From: Sphyrna mokarran
Taxonomy: Eukaryota
DNA length: 64,000 bases
Assembly (NCBI GenBank): GCA_024679065.1
Contig: JAGIQG010000016.1
Coordinates: forward strand, 8,556,001 to 8,620,000
Direction: 5' to 3'
Positions within the stretch are counted from its first letter, which is position 1. Every line of letters starts with the position of its first letter. Under the pieces are notes generated by a model. It was not told where the DNA came from, searched no databases, and saw only the letters and a program-made list of their open reading frames with translations. Shown here piece by piece: positions 50,365 to 63,979 of this stretch. The position numbers and the translations under genes are program-made.

Positions 50365-52159
50365 CTAAAATTGAATTAATCCATAAAACGTGTTTTGCAT
50401 TCTTTCGAAAGTTAAGATGAGATGGAGGGGATCAATGGATATGCTACAACCTTGGATATCTGATGAAACAGACAAATTGCCTTGCAGACACTGGCGCATT
50501 TGAACTGAGCAACTTAAATAATAAAAAACAGGAAATATGTAAATCACCACAAACAAATTTTGTTCAGAAATACATGCACACATATATGGAGGGAATTACG
50601 GTCCTTGGTTTATTAGAAGTAACTTCACTGTGGCTGTGATTCCCTCTCTCTAAGAAACGCACTTGAGTCATTTTCAGTGGTAAGATTGGTTGCAGTAGAT
50701 CCATGTGGAAAACACAAACCCTGCATTGTTAATGTAACGTGACCATTGATTAGTCTGAACTAATGTCCTTCGGCAGTTATCGGCAGTTATCCCCTGGAAT
50801 TTAAAAAAAATGTTGCTTGATTGGGATGGTTTAAAATTATGCCCCCATGACCGTGTAGAGCTCGGGTTACATAGAGAGCTCAGGCTCAGTCTACTTTTGC
50901 CGATAAGTAACGCCTCACTCTTTTGTCTCTGAAGTCTGGAGACTGGTAGCTGCCAGAAGTGACGTTACTAATTTGAAGTTTTTTTTTATATATGATATAT
51001 CTTTCTCTGGAAACTGATGTCTGGATCTCCGCCCCAAGAGGGTTAAAAAGCTGGAATCTTTGATCACATAAGAATATTTGGTGCCTATGTTAACTGCCGT
51101 ACGGAAGGGATTTTTGTCTTTGGGATATACTGTTGAATTGGAACAATGGAGCTAGCTAGTTTGTAAGAATTGCACTTTGCCATATTTACGTTTTTGAATT
51201 GGCAAAATTTAAGCTGTTTTTGTTCTTAAGTTCCAGCTGTTTTCTTATATATTATTTGCTTTGATAAAAAAAAACTTCCTATTGGATCCCTTGAATCATA
51301 TCGGGAGTCGCGTTCAATTAATAAAGAGGTTTATCTGTGTCAGGTTGATTTTTCTAACGGCTTTACACCAGAAAAGTGCTGGTGTTTTTTTTTCATTTTT
51401 TTTTTCAAATTTGAAAATTATAGGATTTTTCCTCCCAAGGAATGGCTATCGCTAATACATTAGGATGAAACTGATGGTCCGTTAGACAGGCAGTCAGAAC
51501 TGGATACTAAGATCTATTGAAAACAGACATATTTTGACAGAAGGAATAAGAAAAAGGCAACGGTGCCAGAATGGAACTGTTTGTAAAACAGTGGCTGGAT
51601 ATAACTACTCAGGGCCTTGATTTTAATTGATATTGGAATCAACTGGGATGCATTGCAAGACGAATAAACAAAACGTCGGGAATTATAGACATCAAAACTA
51701 CATACGTTGACAATTAAGTTGGAATATAAAACAAATGTTTACATTGTTCTTGTTCAAACATTTTGCAGACGATTCACAATGCTCTTTTTTCAGAACGAAC
51801 TGATGTTACTTGCCAAGGTGCAGTTCAGGGCAACAGACTGTAATCAGTGACAAGTAAAAGGTACATTTGCAAGAGTACGTGTTCTTCACCTTGAGCAGTG
51901 GGCATTGAGTGGCTAAATCTTAGGTGTGAGCAGGGTTGTGCCAGCTTCTCATCAGAATGTGCGACAGAAGGAAACATAGATGCAAATAGCAGAACTTGAT
52001 TTACATATATATGCCGTTATGAAAGGCTGAATCTTTTCAACCAGCAAATGATATTCACCAGACTATCTTCTTTTTTGTGAAACGGGCGGAAACATAAATG
52101 GTTAAAACATTCAATGTGACAATTCGTTTAAAACCTATCAGAAATGTGCTAGCAGGACG

Positions 52160-52525
52160 ATCAGAATAAGAACATAGGCATTGGGAGCATGAGTACTCAA
52201 GTCAGAGCCTACGAGCTCGCTCCATCATAATATATAATTATGGCTGACCTCTATCTCATTCTAATTACACAACCATGCATTTTCCACAAAGCCCTTTGTC
52301 ACATTGTGATCAAATATCTCTGAGTGAAGAATCTACACGGGCATTCTTCTTATTAGTTATGGCACCATCGTAACAACTACATCCACCCGAGGAAATAGTT
52401 TCTTTACGTCCGCTTTATCTATCCCCTTCTTCATCTTATAAACCTCTATTAAATTGCCTCTCCTCCTCCTTCGCTCTAAAGAGAAAAGCCCCAGCTCCCT
52501 CAATCTTTCCTCAAAAGACTTACCT
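52160..52525 (-). mobile_element. CR1 fragments (old 3' tail plus a younger ORF2 piece at ~52340-52525)
   Basis: ataagaacatagg tail; [36 protein letters not shown]. Confidence 0.75.
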
Positions 52526-52544
52526 TCCAAATAAGGCACCATTC

Positions 52545-53440
52545 GTTCGCAAGTTTGCAGGTCACACCAAGATTGCTGGCATTGTAGACAGTGAAGAGGT
52601 TATCTCGGAATTCAACAAGATCTTAATCAATGGAGCCAGAGGACCGATAATACCACATGGAGTTTTATTTAGATCAATGCGAGATGATGCACTTTGATAG
52701 ATAGAACAAGGGCAGGACTTAGTCAGTGAATGATATGGCGTTGGAGAGAGTTATAGAAAAAAAAAGATTGAAGAGTATAGGTTCGCAGCTCCTTGAAATT
52801 GCAATCACAGCTGGACAGGATGGTGAAGAAGGCATTCACCATGTTTGGCTTCATTGGTCAGAACATTGAACACAAGTGTTGGAACGCCTTGTTGAAGTTG
52901 TACATGATATTTTGAAGGCTGCACTTGGAATACTGCATGCAGTTCTGGTCGTCCTATTATGGAAATTATATTATGAAACTAGAATGTGTGCAGAAAAGAT
53001 TGACCAGCATGCTACTTGGAATTGGTGATTTGAGTTAGATAGGGACCCCTTTCGCTCGAGCTACAGGGGTGGCCTTATGGAGGGCTTCATAAGAATGAGG
53101 GAGCATAGAACAATATTTCCCAAATGTACGGGAATCTAAAACTCGAGGGAAGACTTTTAAGATAAAAGAAGAGAGATAAAAAAGGGTCCAGCGGGGCAGT
53201 ATTTTTTTTCACACAGAGGGTAGTGAGCGTCTCCAACACGCTGCCAGATGCAGAAGTAAGCGTGGTTTCAATTTTGCTTTAAAAAAAAACATTTCAACGG
53301 TTACATGTGTAAAATGGGTATAGAAAAAAATAGGCCAAATGCAAACAATTGGGATTACATTACTATTATCAAAAAGTGTGATATGGACAGATTGGGTCGA
53401 AAGGCCTGTTTTCATGCTGTAAACTTCTATGATTCTATGA
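52545..53440 (+). mobile_element. Decayed CR1 3' fragment with tail
   Basis: aagtttgcag..caccaagatt; cacttggaatactgcatgcagttctggtc; cacacagagggtagtgagcgt; tail cttctatgattctatga. Confidence 0.85.
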
Positions 53441-53468
53441 TGATCTGAACAAAAAAAAACTCACTTAC

Positions 53469-53495
53469 CCTTCTGTTTCATTCTCAAGCTTTCCT
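53469..53495 (-). CDS. 27-nt microexon (E)ESLRMKQK
   Basis: cctttgcatattgcag|AGGAAAGCTTGAGAATGAAACAGAAGG|gtaagt; phase 1-1. Confidence 0.85.
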
Positions 53496-56229
53496 CTGCA
53501 ATATGCAAAGGTTTTTTTTTAAATTATTGTCATGATGTTAGAAGAGCAATCACTTCATTTTAGTGGGTATAAAGAATCCTGCCTGCTTAATGCCGTTATG
53601 TATGTACGACATATATGTAAGACATTATCTCACGCTAATTTATCTCATCCTATTCATAGAGCACCTTTATTTTTCTATACAGCATCTAACCAACGCAAAC
53701 TTGAATAACCCGTGTTGGTATATTATGACTCTCTACCATTACTCATATCAGAAATGAAAATGTATTGATGATGATGATGATGACGATGAATATCGTGACG
53801 TTGTTAATGGTTGTCTTTCGAGTTTATGGAATATGTTAAATATGAGAACTCATCTGTAATTAGCAGAATTTGTTTATTTAGTCCAAGCCTAAAGTCACAG
53901 AGCTGGACACAGTTGACTAATTGGTAGTCATCACTTGTGATGTGGACAAAAGCTGTTCTATGATATTGTTTACAAGGAACAATAATATGTTGACTTGGAT
54001 AATTTGCAAGTATGAAAGGATCATTACAGATCAGTGCACTCCAGTGTGTTCCTGCCGTACTCATTTTTCCTCTTCATGACCTTCATATCATATCACATCA
54101 GCTTGTCTGCCTTCCATAATATTTTCTATGAACGAGGTGTTTCTTTAAGATGTTCCATCACAGTTATGTTTTTACTTAGGTATTAGGTATCTTTCCAATT
54201 GCTTTTCTTCCAAAAGTGTTTTGTTGCAGCCATGCGTTGTGAGGAGGATTGTGAGAGTTCCCATCGTGTAGTAACTCCATGTTAACTGAATTTATTGCTA
54301 CTGAGAACAGTTATACATTTTCTGTAATGCTAAGTTCCATTAAAGGTATTGGGCTTCAGCAAGGACGGAAATTATTATCATTCTCCAGCTGAAGAATCAA
54401 AGTTTGTTTTTCGGCTCTGTTTGAGTATATGCCCTAATAGCGTTAGATTCCTTTGCAGTTATCCCATCTTATGTTACCTGAGTATTTTAACTGCGTTTTG
54501 TTTTATATTTTCAAATTGCACTCGATATAATAGATATATTCATTCTCCAGGGGATGAAATAGTAACGTAATTCTGGATATGTGATGCACACATGGTGGAT
54601 GAACAAATTTTGAATATTGGCATTGATCATAAAATAATTGCACTGACCGCAGTTCAGATTACTGTTCCGTTGTTTCTCCAATTCTGTTGAGAAAACGAGA
54701 AATATTAAATTGTTATTTCTTTATAGCTCACTATAAAGTGCAGCAACGAAAAAAAAAAGAAATTATGTTGAGCAAGTTCGAAGATGGAATCGTGTTTTTT
54801 CATAATTGATCACTCTCTGACAGAGCCAATGCGCGCACTGGAATCAATGGAATATGTAAAACAGTATTATAAGAACGAATGGAAGAGAAGCGTGGCTTAA
54901 GAAACAGTATGAATTAGGGTTACATGAAAGAACGCTCTGGAGTAAGAGTTAGTGAATATGAGGGCATTGTCGGAAAAAGATTTAACAGACGAGCATAAAG
55001 TAGTTATATCGTAATCAATTGCATTGTAACGCAATAATTGCACGGACAAGTGTTGTCTTTTATTTTTTTAATGGGGTATAGGCACATCTGAGCAGGCAAC
55101 GATTCATTGTCCCTCTGTAAGTGTCCCTCAGAAATTTGTGCTATGCTGACTTCTTGAACCGTTGAGATCAGCGTGGTCCAGGAACACAGACAATGCTCCC
55201 GCAACAGCATTCAGGATTATGATTAAGCGAAGTGAAGGAAAAAAAAATATAATTTTAAGTCTGAGAAGTTTGAATGGCGCATATCTCAATATATGTGTTG
55301 CCATAGTCTTTCGGGTGGCATGGATCTCGCGTTTGAAGATGCCATTCACGATGCTCCCACAAGTTGCTGCAATGAAACACAACAAATACTTTGTATTTTT
55401 CTGAAACATGCATTGCAAAGCATTGTTGTCCTGTACTTTCTTCCAGATACGTTCTAATAAACATCTGTTATCCTTTCTTGTACTCTCTGCATATTCTTCC
55501 TGATGTTATTTTTTGCCCAGTGAATAACTACATAAACTTAGTGTAGCAAGAAGTTTACAGAAATGTGAAATTAGCTCTTATCATTTCATGACCCAGCACA
55601 CGAGGAAAAATATTAATATTTCATTATAATTAGATTTTAACCTAACCAGTCAACCAAACCTGCATGAATCATTGTAAGAAAAATGTAAACATATGAATGT
55701 AGGATAACTTAAGTTGTGACGAACAACTGTTGTAGTATGCGGGCAAAGAAATATAATTGGAACTATAAATTATTTCTCATATAAGTTCTGAAAACCGTAA
55801 ATCTACAGGGACACCATTATAAACAGCAAACAATCTGAACCATCCGAAAAAAGAACGTTAGACTTTTGGCTTGGGTTGACATTTTGAAAGGCGTGCTGAA
55901 ATTCTAAAGTTATGGATACAAATTCCACTGTAGCAACGCCTGCAACATATACTTTGTATACGTTTGGTATCTACAGGAAGCTTTTTTTTTAATCGTCCCG
56001 ATGAGCTCCATTGTTGTAATAGCATTTGAATTGCCAATGCACTTTAGCGGAGGATAGCTACTCAGTGTGGCATAAATGTGATTTCAGATCCAAGGGAATT
56101 TAGATGTTTCTTAATTCGCGACTATTGAGAACCAAATACCATCTTTCAGCGAATTCTACAATCCATGAATGAAAATAATGTCAAAGACGAAACGTTTACG
56201 CATTAAACAGAATGTTTAAATTATCTTAC

Positions 56230-56256
56230 CTTTTTCTTTCTTTGCCAGGATTTGGT
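56230..56256 (-). CDS. 27-nt microexon (D)QILAKKEK
   Basis: tgtacttctggctag|ACCAAATCCTGGCAAAGAAAGAAAAAG|gtaaga; phase 1-1. Confidence 0.85.
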
Positions 56257-58239
56257 CTAGCCAGAAGTACACATATTTGTAACGTTAACAATCATTGGTG
56301 TCAGTATATTCAGTGTTCAATTTATTGTTTGATCTGCCTGCAAGGTCCATTTTTTACGTGAGCACTTGCAAAGATATGATTCCCATATTAATATTTTAAT
56401 GAATACTTTATTCAATTTCTGACTGATGCTACTTTGGATTAATATTTTAGGAGGAATGGTAGAATGGAAATAAAGATGCAGCAGATAGGTGCTGGAAACC
56501 GACCAGTAAGGAAAATATTCACGTCTAGGCAAGTTCACAGGTATCTGTGCGTGACACATAACTGAAGTCAACATAATTGGATTGCTCAACAATACGTCTT
56601 TGCGTTATTAAATCTGAAGGAATTGTTTTGATAAGCAGAAATGTTGATAGCACATAGGCGCAGCTTAAAGGACTTTTTTTTAAAATAAATTGGATTAAGC
56701 TTTTTCAGCAAGCACGTAATAGCTATGAGTTGAGATGTTCCTTCTCAATGTGTGAAGGACACAGATTCAACAGGAACCTTAATGAGCGGGTTCGCTGAAC
56801 AACTGAATTGGGAAGATTGCAAAATCAATATTTAGGAGGGGGCCGAATCACAAGCAGCCTGTTCACATATATGATAATCCTCTGTTAAAGATTGTTTTGA
56901 TCTGTGTTAATTGCACATTGTTTACCATACGAGAATTGATTAGCGGAAAATTAAAAGTTAAATCTTAGAATTCAGCACTGCATCAACATTTTTCTGTATA
57001 TGGCATCCCTTCAATTCCTTGTAGCCTGTTTCATCTCATGCGATATTGCTAATGTGTGGCAGCTCCATCTGTTACCTTTATACTGCAAATATTCTTTGTA
57101 TCTTTCTGTTAGCTTGATTACGTTATTAACACTTATGCAAAGGCAGATATGTGTCCTGAACGTTCTAATTAAAACTCACGTTGCCTGTGTTTACTGGCAT
57201 TTTCGTACTTCTACTTCCTCTGCTCTCCACTTTATTTTGCTTGATCTGTATCTACTCATTTTTGAGCAGCATAAAACGGAATGCGTTCCTCGCTCTCTTC
57301 ACTGCCAATGACGAGGCATATTATTCTCGAAACTTTAGCCCTGCTTCTCGAAACTGCTGTAATGGGCTCAGTTTCTTCAGCATGTTCTGATAACTCAATG
57401 CTGCAAATTAGCCATGTGAAAGAACATCCAGATTCTATATATTTCCTTAAATCATTTTGTGTTTCATTAGTGATTAATTATCATTTCTGCCAGGTTCTGT
57501 CTTCTATCACTGTGAAAGCAAATTCTGTACAATCAGACTGCTCCATAATTTCCAAAATTCCTATTGTGCTTCCTTATTTATTAATAGTGCATCCACACGT
57601 TTTATTTCGCTCTCTATTCTGGTGTCATCTTTAGGAACTGTGTTCGGTTAGTATCAATGCATAATTTTCTGCAGCATTTTGGCCTTTAAATTGAATATTG
57701 CTCAAATTGTGGATCATTCAGAAAATTATTGTAGATATTACATTAAGACTAGTTTATTTACTTCCTTTTTTGATATTAGAGTAATTGTCTATCGAGAACT
57801 GCCTGTCCTAAAATGCTGCTGAAGTGCCGTATTCAACCCTTGGATTACACATGGTTTAGATATAGTCAGGTTGCTATAATGGAGGAAATTCCGAATAGTG
57901 ATATGTTGAGAGTGAGGGGATGGCGACATTATCTCAACTCACGGTAGGCCGGGGTTTAAAGGAAGGTTATTTTATCCTGCGGCTTCTCCTCTTGCACTTC
58001 TCGATAGTAAAGACTTTGAATTTCCAAGTGTTTTTCGAATGAAACTTGCCGAGATTCGGAGGTGCATCTTGTCGATGCTGAACAGTCCGACCAGGGCGAC
58101 AATATATTGGAATAATTGAACGCTTAAATGTTGAATGGATAGAATGATGAAGTGACCTGGAATGCTGCGAGACGGAATTAAAGTAAATTCAGAAGAAAAA
58201 TCATATCTATCAAGGAGAATGTTAACATCTTTGTTCTTT

Positions 58240-58757
58240 CCCGAGAAGGTTCACCAGGAGATGATGGGGTTAGGTTATGAGGAGAGATTGAGTAGACTGG
58301 GCCTGTATTCGTTTAGAAGGCTGAGGGGGGGGGGGGGGGGGGGGGAGGATCTTATTGAGACATATAAGATAATGAAGCGGCGAGGTAGGATAAAGGTGGA
58401 GAGATTCTTCCCGCTTAGAAAGGAAAACAGAACTAGAGTGCACAGTCTCAAAATAAGGTGGTGGGGGGGAGGATGGGGAGAGGGCGCTTTAGAACGGAGT
58501 TGAGGAGGAACTTCTTCACTCAAGAATGGTGAATCTCTGGAATTCTCTATCCATTGAAGAGGTAGAGGCTACCTCGTTGAATATATCTAAGTCACGGGTA
58601 AATAGATTTCTGATAGACAGGAGAATTAAGGGTTATGGGGTGAAAGCAGGTAAGTGGAACTGATCTAATTCAGATCAGGCATGATCTTACTGAATGGCAG
58701 GGCAGGCTCGAAAGGTAAGAATGCCTACTCCTGCTCCTATTTCTTACGTTCTTATGA
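58240..58757 (+). mobile_element. CR1 3' fragment with G-run expansions
   Basis: GYEERLSRLGLYS.RRLRG...DLIETYKIM; aacttcttcactca; tail ttcttacgttcttatg. Confidence 0.85.
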
Positions 58758-58849
58758 GATGACGCAACTCGTGTTGAGATTTGTCCAACGTTTCTGTTAT
58801 TTTCTGACCGCCTTAATTTCCTTTTGTTCACAGACCTTTTGAAAGTGCA

Positions 58850-59141
58850 TTTATTATGATCATAAGTCGGCTAGCACTAACACTGCAATGAAGGTTCTGT
58901 GAGAATCCCCGACACAATACTCCCTGGCATCTGTCCAAGTGCACGGATGGAGGATTTAGCACGACGAATTTACCTAACCAGCATGTTCTGTTTCGGATTG
59001 TGGGAGGAAACCAGAACACCCGAAAGAAATCGCGAAGACTCAGGACAACACATGAAGACTCCGCACATACTGTGATTCAAACTTTAAATCGAAACCGGGT
59101 CCCTAACGATCTCAGTGCTAACCATGTACCACAGTGCCGCC
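58850..59141 (-). mobile_element. tRNA-derived SINE variant, same type as 35634-35940
   Basis: tgtgggaggaaaccagaacacccg..atcgaaaccgggtccc..gtgctaaccatgtaccacagtgccgc. Confidence 0.75.
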
Positions 59142-60209
59142 ATCTGGTCGTGGATATACAGTCACCTGGGGAATGCGGAGTACTCTGTCCACTACACACC
59201 AGACGAGCCTCTTTTGACAGAGATGAGAATTCCGAATGTTTGAAACTCTTGCGAAAAAAATGGCGTCATGCAGATGCATTCACTATACTTTTTCTACGGA
59301 AGATCTGGAGATATTGTTGGAAAATGAAGGAGCAATATGTCACTGCGTGTATGCGAGGTGGAGATTTAGTACTAATATCAAACCAGTCACGATCTTATCC
59401 AATGTGGGAGGGAAAATGGGACTCGGAGAGGGCTCACTGGGGCCGAATAGATTGCTCTTTCATTGTATGTTCATAGGTTCTTCTGACAACCCTAGAGTTA
59501 ATTTAGCTCATGCCGGGTTTCCACCTTCGGATATTTCCATGCAGGCACAACCTAATAGAGCTACCCAGATAAGTCGATTTTCAGTGATGATCCAAAGTGT
59601 GTTTATGGCGGGGAAGTAGAAGATCGTAATGTGATTGAATATCAAAATGCAATACATGGTTTAAATTATCTTGGAACTGGTCGTTCTCCTGAACTTACGT
59701 TATGCAAATTATAATCAGTCGCCAAAGCTTGAAAGTTTTCAACTTCGATTCAGGTCAATGTTTCAGTCCTCGTGGAAAACATATCATGTTGAATTATTGG
59801 TCACCATCAGCGATTATGTTCACTGTTGACATTTTGTTGGGGGATGCAATAGCTGAAATATATGGGACTATAGCTTTATGAAAATTAACATTTGTAACAT
59901 TGTTTTGAGTCTCAGATGGTTCGCCAACAAAATGGCAAACAGTCTTTCGTTTACACGGCATGGTTCGAATGAGTAGATGCATTTGACACAAATCTGTTCC
60001 GCCTATCCTCTCACCCGCAAATACACATTGAATATGTTTTTCTTACAACTCTTCTAAGCACGTTAAATGAATTTGGCTAGGCATTTCATCTCTTAGCACG
60101 TGAACATACAAGAATTACTTGCATTTCTATCTGAACTACGAATTGCAGAATGTGGGCATCTGGATTTTAATAACGTTAATGAATACATATGGATAATGCA
60201 TTTATTTAC

Positions 60210-60245
60210 CTTTAGCTTCCAGGCTTTCCTTTAATTCGTTGCATT
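60210..60245 (-). CDS. 36-nt microexon (E)CNELKESLEAK
   Basis: ttactgatgtaatatgcag|AATGCAACGAATTAAAGGAAAGCCTGGAAGCTAAAG|gtaaat; phase 1-1. Confidence 0.85.
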
Positions 60246-61277
60246 CTGCATATTACATCAGTAAGAAGCGTTATATTTTGTGATGTTAGCTGATAGCTAA
60301 TGCAATACAAACAAGAGCGAAGCTAATTGTTAAAAAAAAATAATCTTTGAACCAATTCACATAGTGCAACGCAGAAACGTGAACTGGGGATGAACCTGGA
60401 TATTTTTGTTTGGACTTTTTGTTGAAAAGTCCCATTGTATGTAAAGATATAATATCCTTTCTAGGAAACATTCAACTCATTCCCTGTGATTAATGTGGTT
60501 CCACACGACAATTGTAAGCCTTCGTTTTCTAGAGATTCATGAACAAGGTTGAATAATTTATTTCCGTTGGTAAGTTACCTGGCATGTCCAAAACTTGCAG
60601 GGGTACCAGTGACGTCGAAAGATGAATGAAAATTTATTTTCTCTGCCTATCTGATTTTTTTAATGTTTATTCATTTTTTTCGTTATCTGGATAAACTTAG
60701 CGGGCTCTTTATTATTAATGACGCCAGTTCAGGTTAACTGTAAATTCATCCATTTGTAATATTGAATCAGTTGAGCTAGTCATGGAAATGTTTCAGGTTT
60801 CTTTTTCTCTTTAACGGGGTACAATATGAATCGAGAACATCAGGAAACAGAGTTCAAAACTAGTTAACAAAACTAGCATCGATTGCTTATTCATGCGGAC
60901 AATTAAGCACCAAACTCAATGTTTCTCGATCTCGATTCACATATACGAAAGACGAGGACAGGGCAACAGCATAGCTTCACTAATGGACGTTAGTGACTCA
61001 ATGTTGTCATGAAATAGGCAATACTTTAATGATCATAATTAGCTGTTCTATTTTAGATAATTTTGAATTCAATGCAGTGGGAGATTGAAGCCAGATCCCA
61101 GAGAATTATTCTGGGATCATGGGTGACTCGCCCATCGAATACAGCAGAACGCCACAGTTTCCCCACAGAGGGATTTTAATGCACAAGTATTGAGTAGACA
61201 GTAATTCGCACGATGTGAGAATATATCCATGTGTATCTGGATAAAGATTCTTCCGTGTATGTGGTTACATGCGTGCC

Positions 61278-61304
61278 TGTGTGTGTGTGTGTGTGTGTGT
61301 GTGT
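61278..61304. repeat. (GT)n microsatellite
   Basis: Direct reading. Confidence 0.9.
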
Positions 61305-63952
61305 TTCTGACTGCATCTTTGTATTGGTGTGCTATTATATTTGTGTCTACATTTGAGCTTTATTTATGAATTTCTATTTGCAATTATGTTTGCTCTTTCA
61401 GTGAACTACATAGATTAATTGAAGCTAGTTACTGATAACAGCTGTAGGAGTTAATTCAGAAACCTAATTTAATATGGTCACTGCTTACCTGGACTCAGCT
61501 CAGTTCTTTGTTTAAACAATACACATTCAAACATATTGATTGGCTACAGGGGCCGGGATGAGCAACTCCTGATTGCTTTTGAATATAAACTACATGGCCA
61601 AGGCCTACATGCAAAAAAAGTTTAATCTTGTACTGAAGTCTGTATTAAGATTTCAAAAAAATGTGAAACCAAATAAATTATTTAAAGAACAAACTGGTAA
61701 GTTAATAAGCAAACTATAAGTATGGCAAAAAGATTATTTATCTAAGATGGAGCATACGAAAGGTGCTGACATTATCCAGACCAAAGAAAACACGGTTAAT
61801 GTTTTATCTTGAGGATCTTCAGCTCAGATACCTTTAGCTGGAGGTTGAGCTACAGCTATTTTGATAAACAGCGTCTGCGAGTACTTTGGATGTTTTGTAA
61901 TGTTAAATTCCAATCATTTGTTTTCTCTTGTCAGGCCTGTTAAAGTTCCAGGGTTTTAGCTCTACAATGTATTTCTTTTGATTAATAGCATCGACGTTCG
62001 ATGAAATACAGATTGAGATTTTGAGATTGAAGGGTTCAAAAATATACGGAGACACGTGCCCTCATGTCTTGATTCTGCCAGTAATATGGGCCATTATTAT
62101 CATTTTATGGTCTAGAAAGGTAGAAGGGGTTTAAGATGCTTTCTTTTACACAGAAAATAGTCATGATTACAGCTCGCTCTCACTAATATGGTTGAAGTAA
62201 AGAATCATCAAACGTTTCAGCAATGAATTTAATGGAGACTTCAGTGAAACAAACCTGCAAAAAGTTGGTAATAGTGCAGTGGGAGTGACTGCATAGTTCT
62301 GAAGAGGGCATAATGAAATAAGTATGCCCAGTAACTTTAAAAAAAAAGTTCTGTATTTTAAAGCGAAGAACACAAATGTGTTCTTCATGTGAATACCAGC
62401 TGTCGCTTCTGTAACTTCATGTACTGAGGATTATTTTAGTATAGTAATGACAATCTTTCAAAGACTCGATGAACAAAAGTCATTTTTATGGAAATTACTT
62501 GAAGGGACGATTCAAATTGAGGGTAAACCAGGCAAACTGTGGCAAAGAAATGGGGGGTGGGTGGGTTGTGGGGTTGGGAGGAGAGGCGGGGGAGGTGGTT
62601 GGGGTGGGGTGTGGAATGACGTTGCACCCAGGTAAATCACTTAACCTTTCATTGCAATTAAAGCATAACTTGATCACAACCATTTAATGAGACAGGAAAA
62701 GACTACTTGGACTTTATTTCTGCGCTATTCGGAAGGAAAAAAAAGCAGCGAGCATGTCAAATTCCAATTTCCAACATTGCGTTCCTAGAATTGCAACATT
62801 CTGCATTTGAATTCAATGCTCAATCAGTTATTCAATGTTTTGAGGGTTTCAGTCTCGATTACATTTCCAAGCAGGAATTCCCACACCACAATAACTACCT
62901 GGTGACTTATCCCTTCCCCTACCCCAATCTTCCCCCTAATGATTTTGTCAATTACGTTGAAGATACATCTTATATTCCAAGATCATTGAGCTATATGAAA
63001 ATAAGCCCAGTTCTTCCAATCTCTCGAGGCTCCTCATAAATTTATGCATCCCAAAGACATCTTTCTCAACCTCACATTTCCTGGCAGAGTAGGTTGGCCT
63101 ATCAAACCTGTGTTTGAATTTTGCAATTTCCCAATTATTGCAGCATTCTCGTAAATATCCACTATGCCCTCCAAATTGCACGCGAATCTTGTCTGCAATG
63201 TGGTCTCTACAACTACTCGCAAATATTGAATGAAGTAGGGTTTGATTTCGTTGCAGATTAATTATCTCATCTTCTACAGTCTGCTTTGGCGAACAAATGA
63301 CATAATCCCAAAAGCCTTTCTAAACAATTTATCAAAATATCCTGCTACCTGCAGAAACATTTGGACAATCATCCCAACGTCCCTCATGTAAAGTACATTA
63401 ACGACTTTCTACACATATTTGCTTAGATAATGTCGATTATCTATTGATCATAGTTGGCTCTCTCAGCTTGGCGCATAGGACACGGGACGATTTCTACTGT
63501 CAAGGACACAAAATGGATAACATCATTACTTTCGGTCGGATATTGCTAATATTTGGACAAGAGTGGTTATCTACTATGGATTACGCGATCTCACATTTGC
63601 CGCGGTGATTACATCATCTAAATGTAATTCTATCGGACTGGTGGTCATGTCAGTAAAGAAGACCATCCCGGCACTGGCTGCCTGAAAGAAATAAGGTTTA
63701 TTTTTAATTAAATAAAGAAAAAAAAATAAAAAGTTCCCTCATTGACTTGTTTCCTATCATCTTTGATAATAGCGATACATTTGTAACATTTGTCATACCC
63801 GTACGAAACCAAATAGTGCTTTGGAAGGGAGATAATTAAAAAAAAAATAATGTTAACCCTCCGGTGCAAGGACAGATAATTTGCGTTGAAGCAGCAATTT
63901 TCCAAAACATCGTGTTTCCTTGAAAAAAAAATCTGTTCATTTGCATGCTTAC

Positions 63953-63979
63953 CCCTATCTTTGCGGCTAAAATTTAGAC
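63953..63979 (-). CDS. 27-nt microexon (x)LNFSRKDR; gene continues beyond the window end
   Basis: tttatgcttcaccag|GTCTAAATTTTAGCCGCAAAGATAGGG|gtaagc; phase 1-1; ends in KDR like exon 47354-47380. Confidence 0.75.

Noticed and set aside
50770-51450. Possible solo LTR
   Set aside because: Composition is suggestive only; I could not identify TG...CA ends or a TSD
60015-60041. 27-nt in-frame segment (E)KHIQCVFA with gtgaga donor (minus)
   Set aside because: Purine-rich weak acceptor (gaagagttgtaag) and a peptide unlike the other exons; cannot be fully excluded
61489-61505. aag|AACTGAGCTGAGTCCAG|gtaagc candidate microexon (minus)
   Set aside because: 17 nt, in-frame TGA, poor polypyrimidine tract
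3092-63979. Neural SRRM4-type microexon regulation
   Set aside because: A UGC motif near the acceptor appears at only a few exons; no consistent signature
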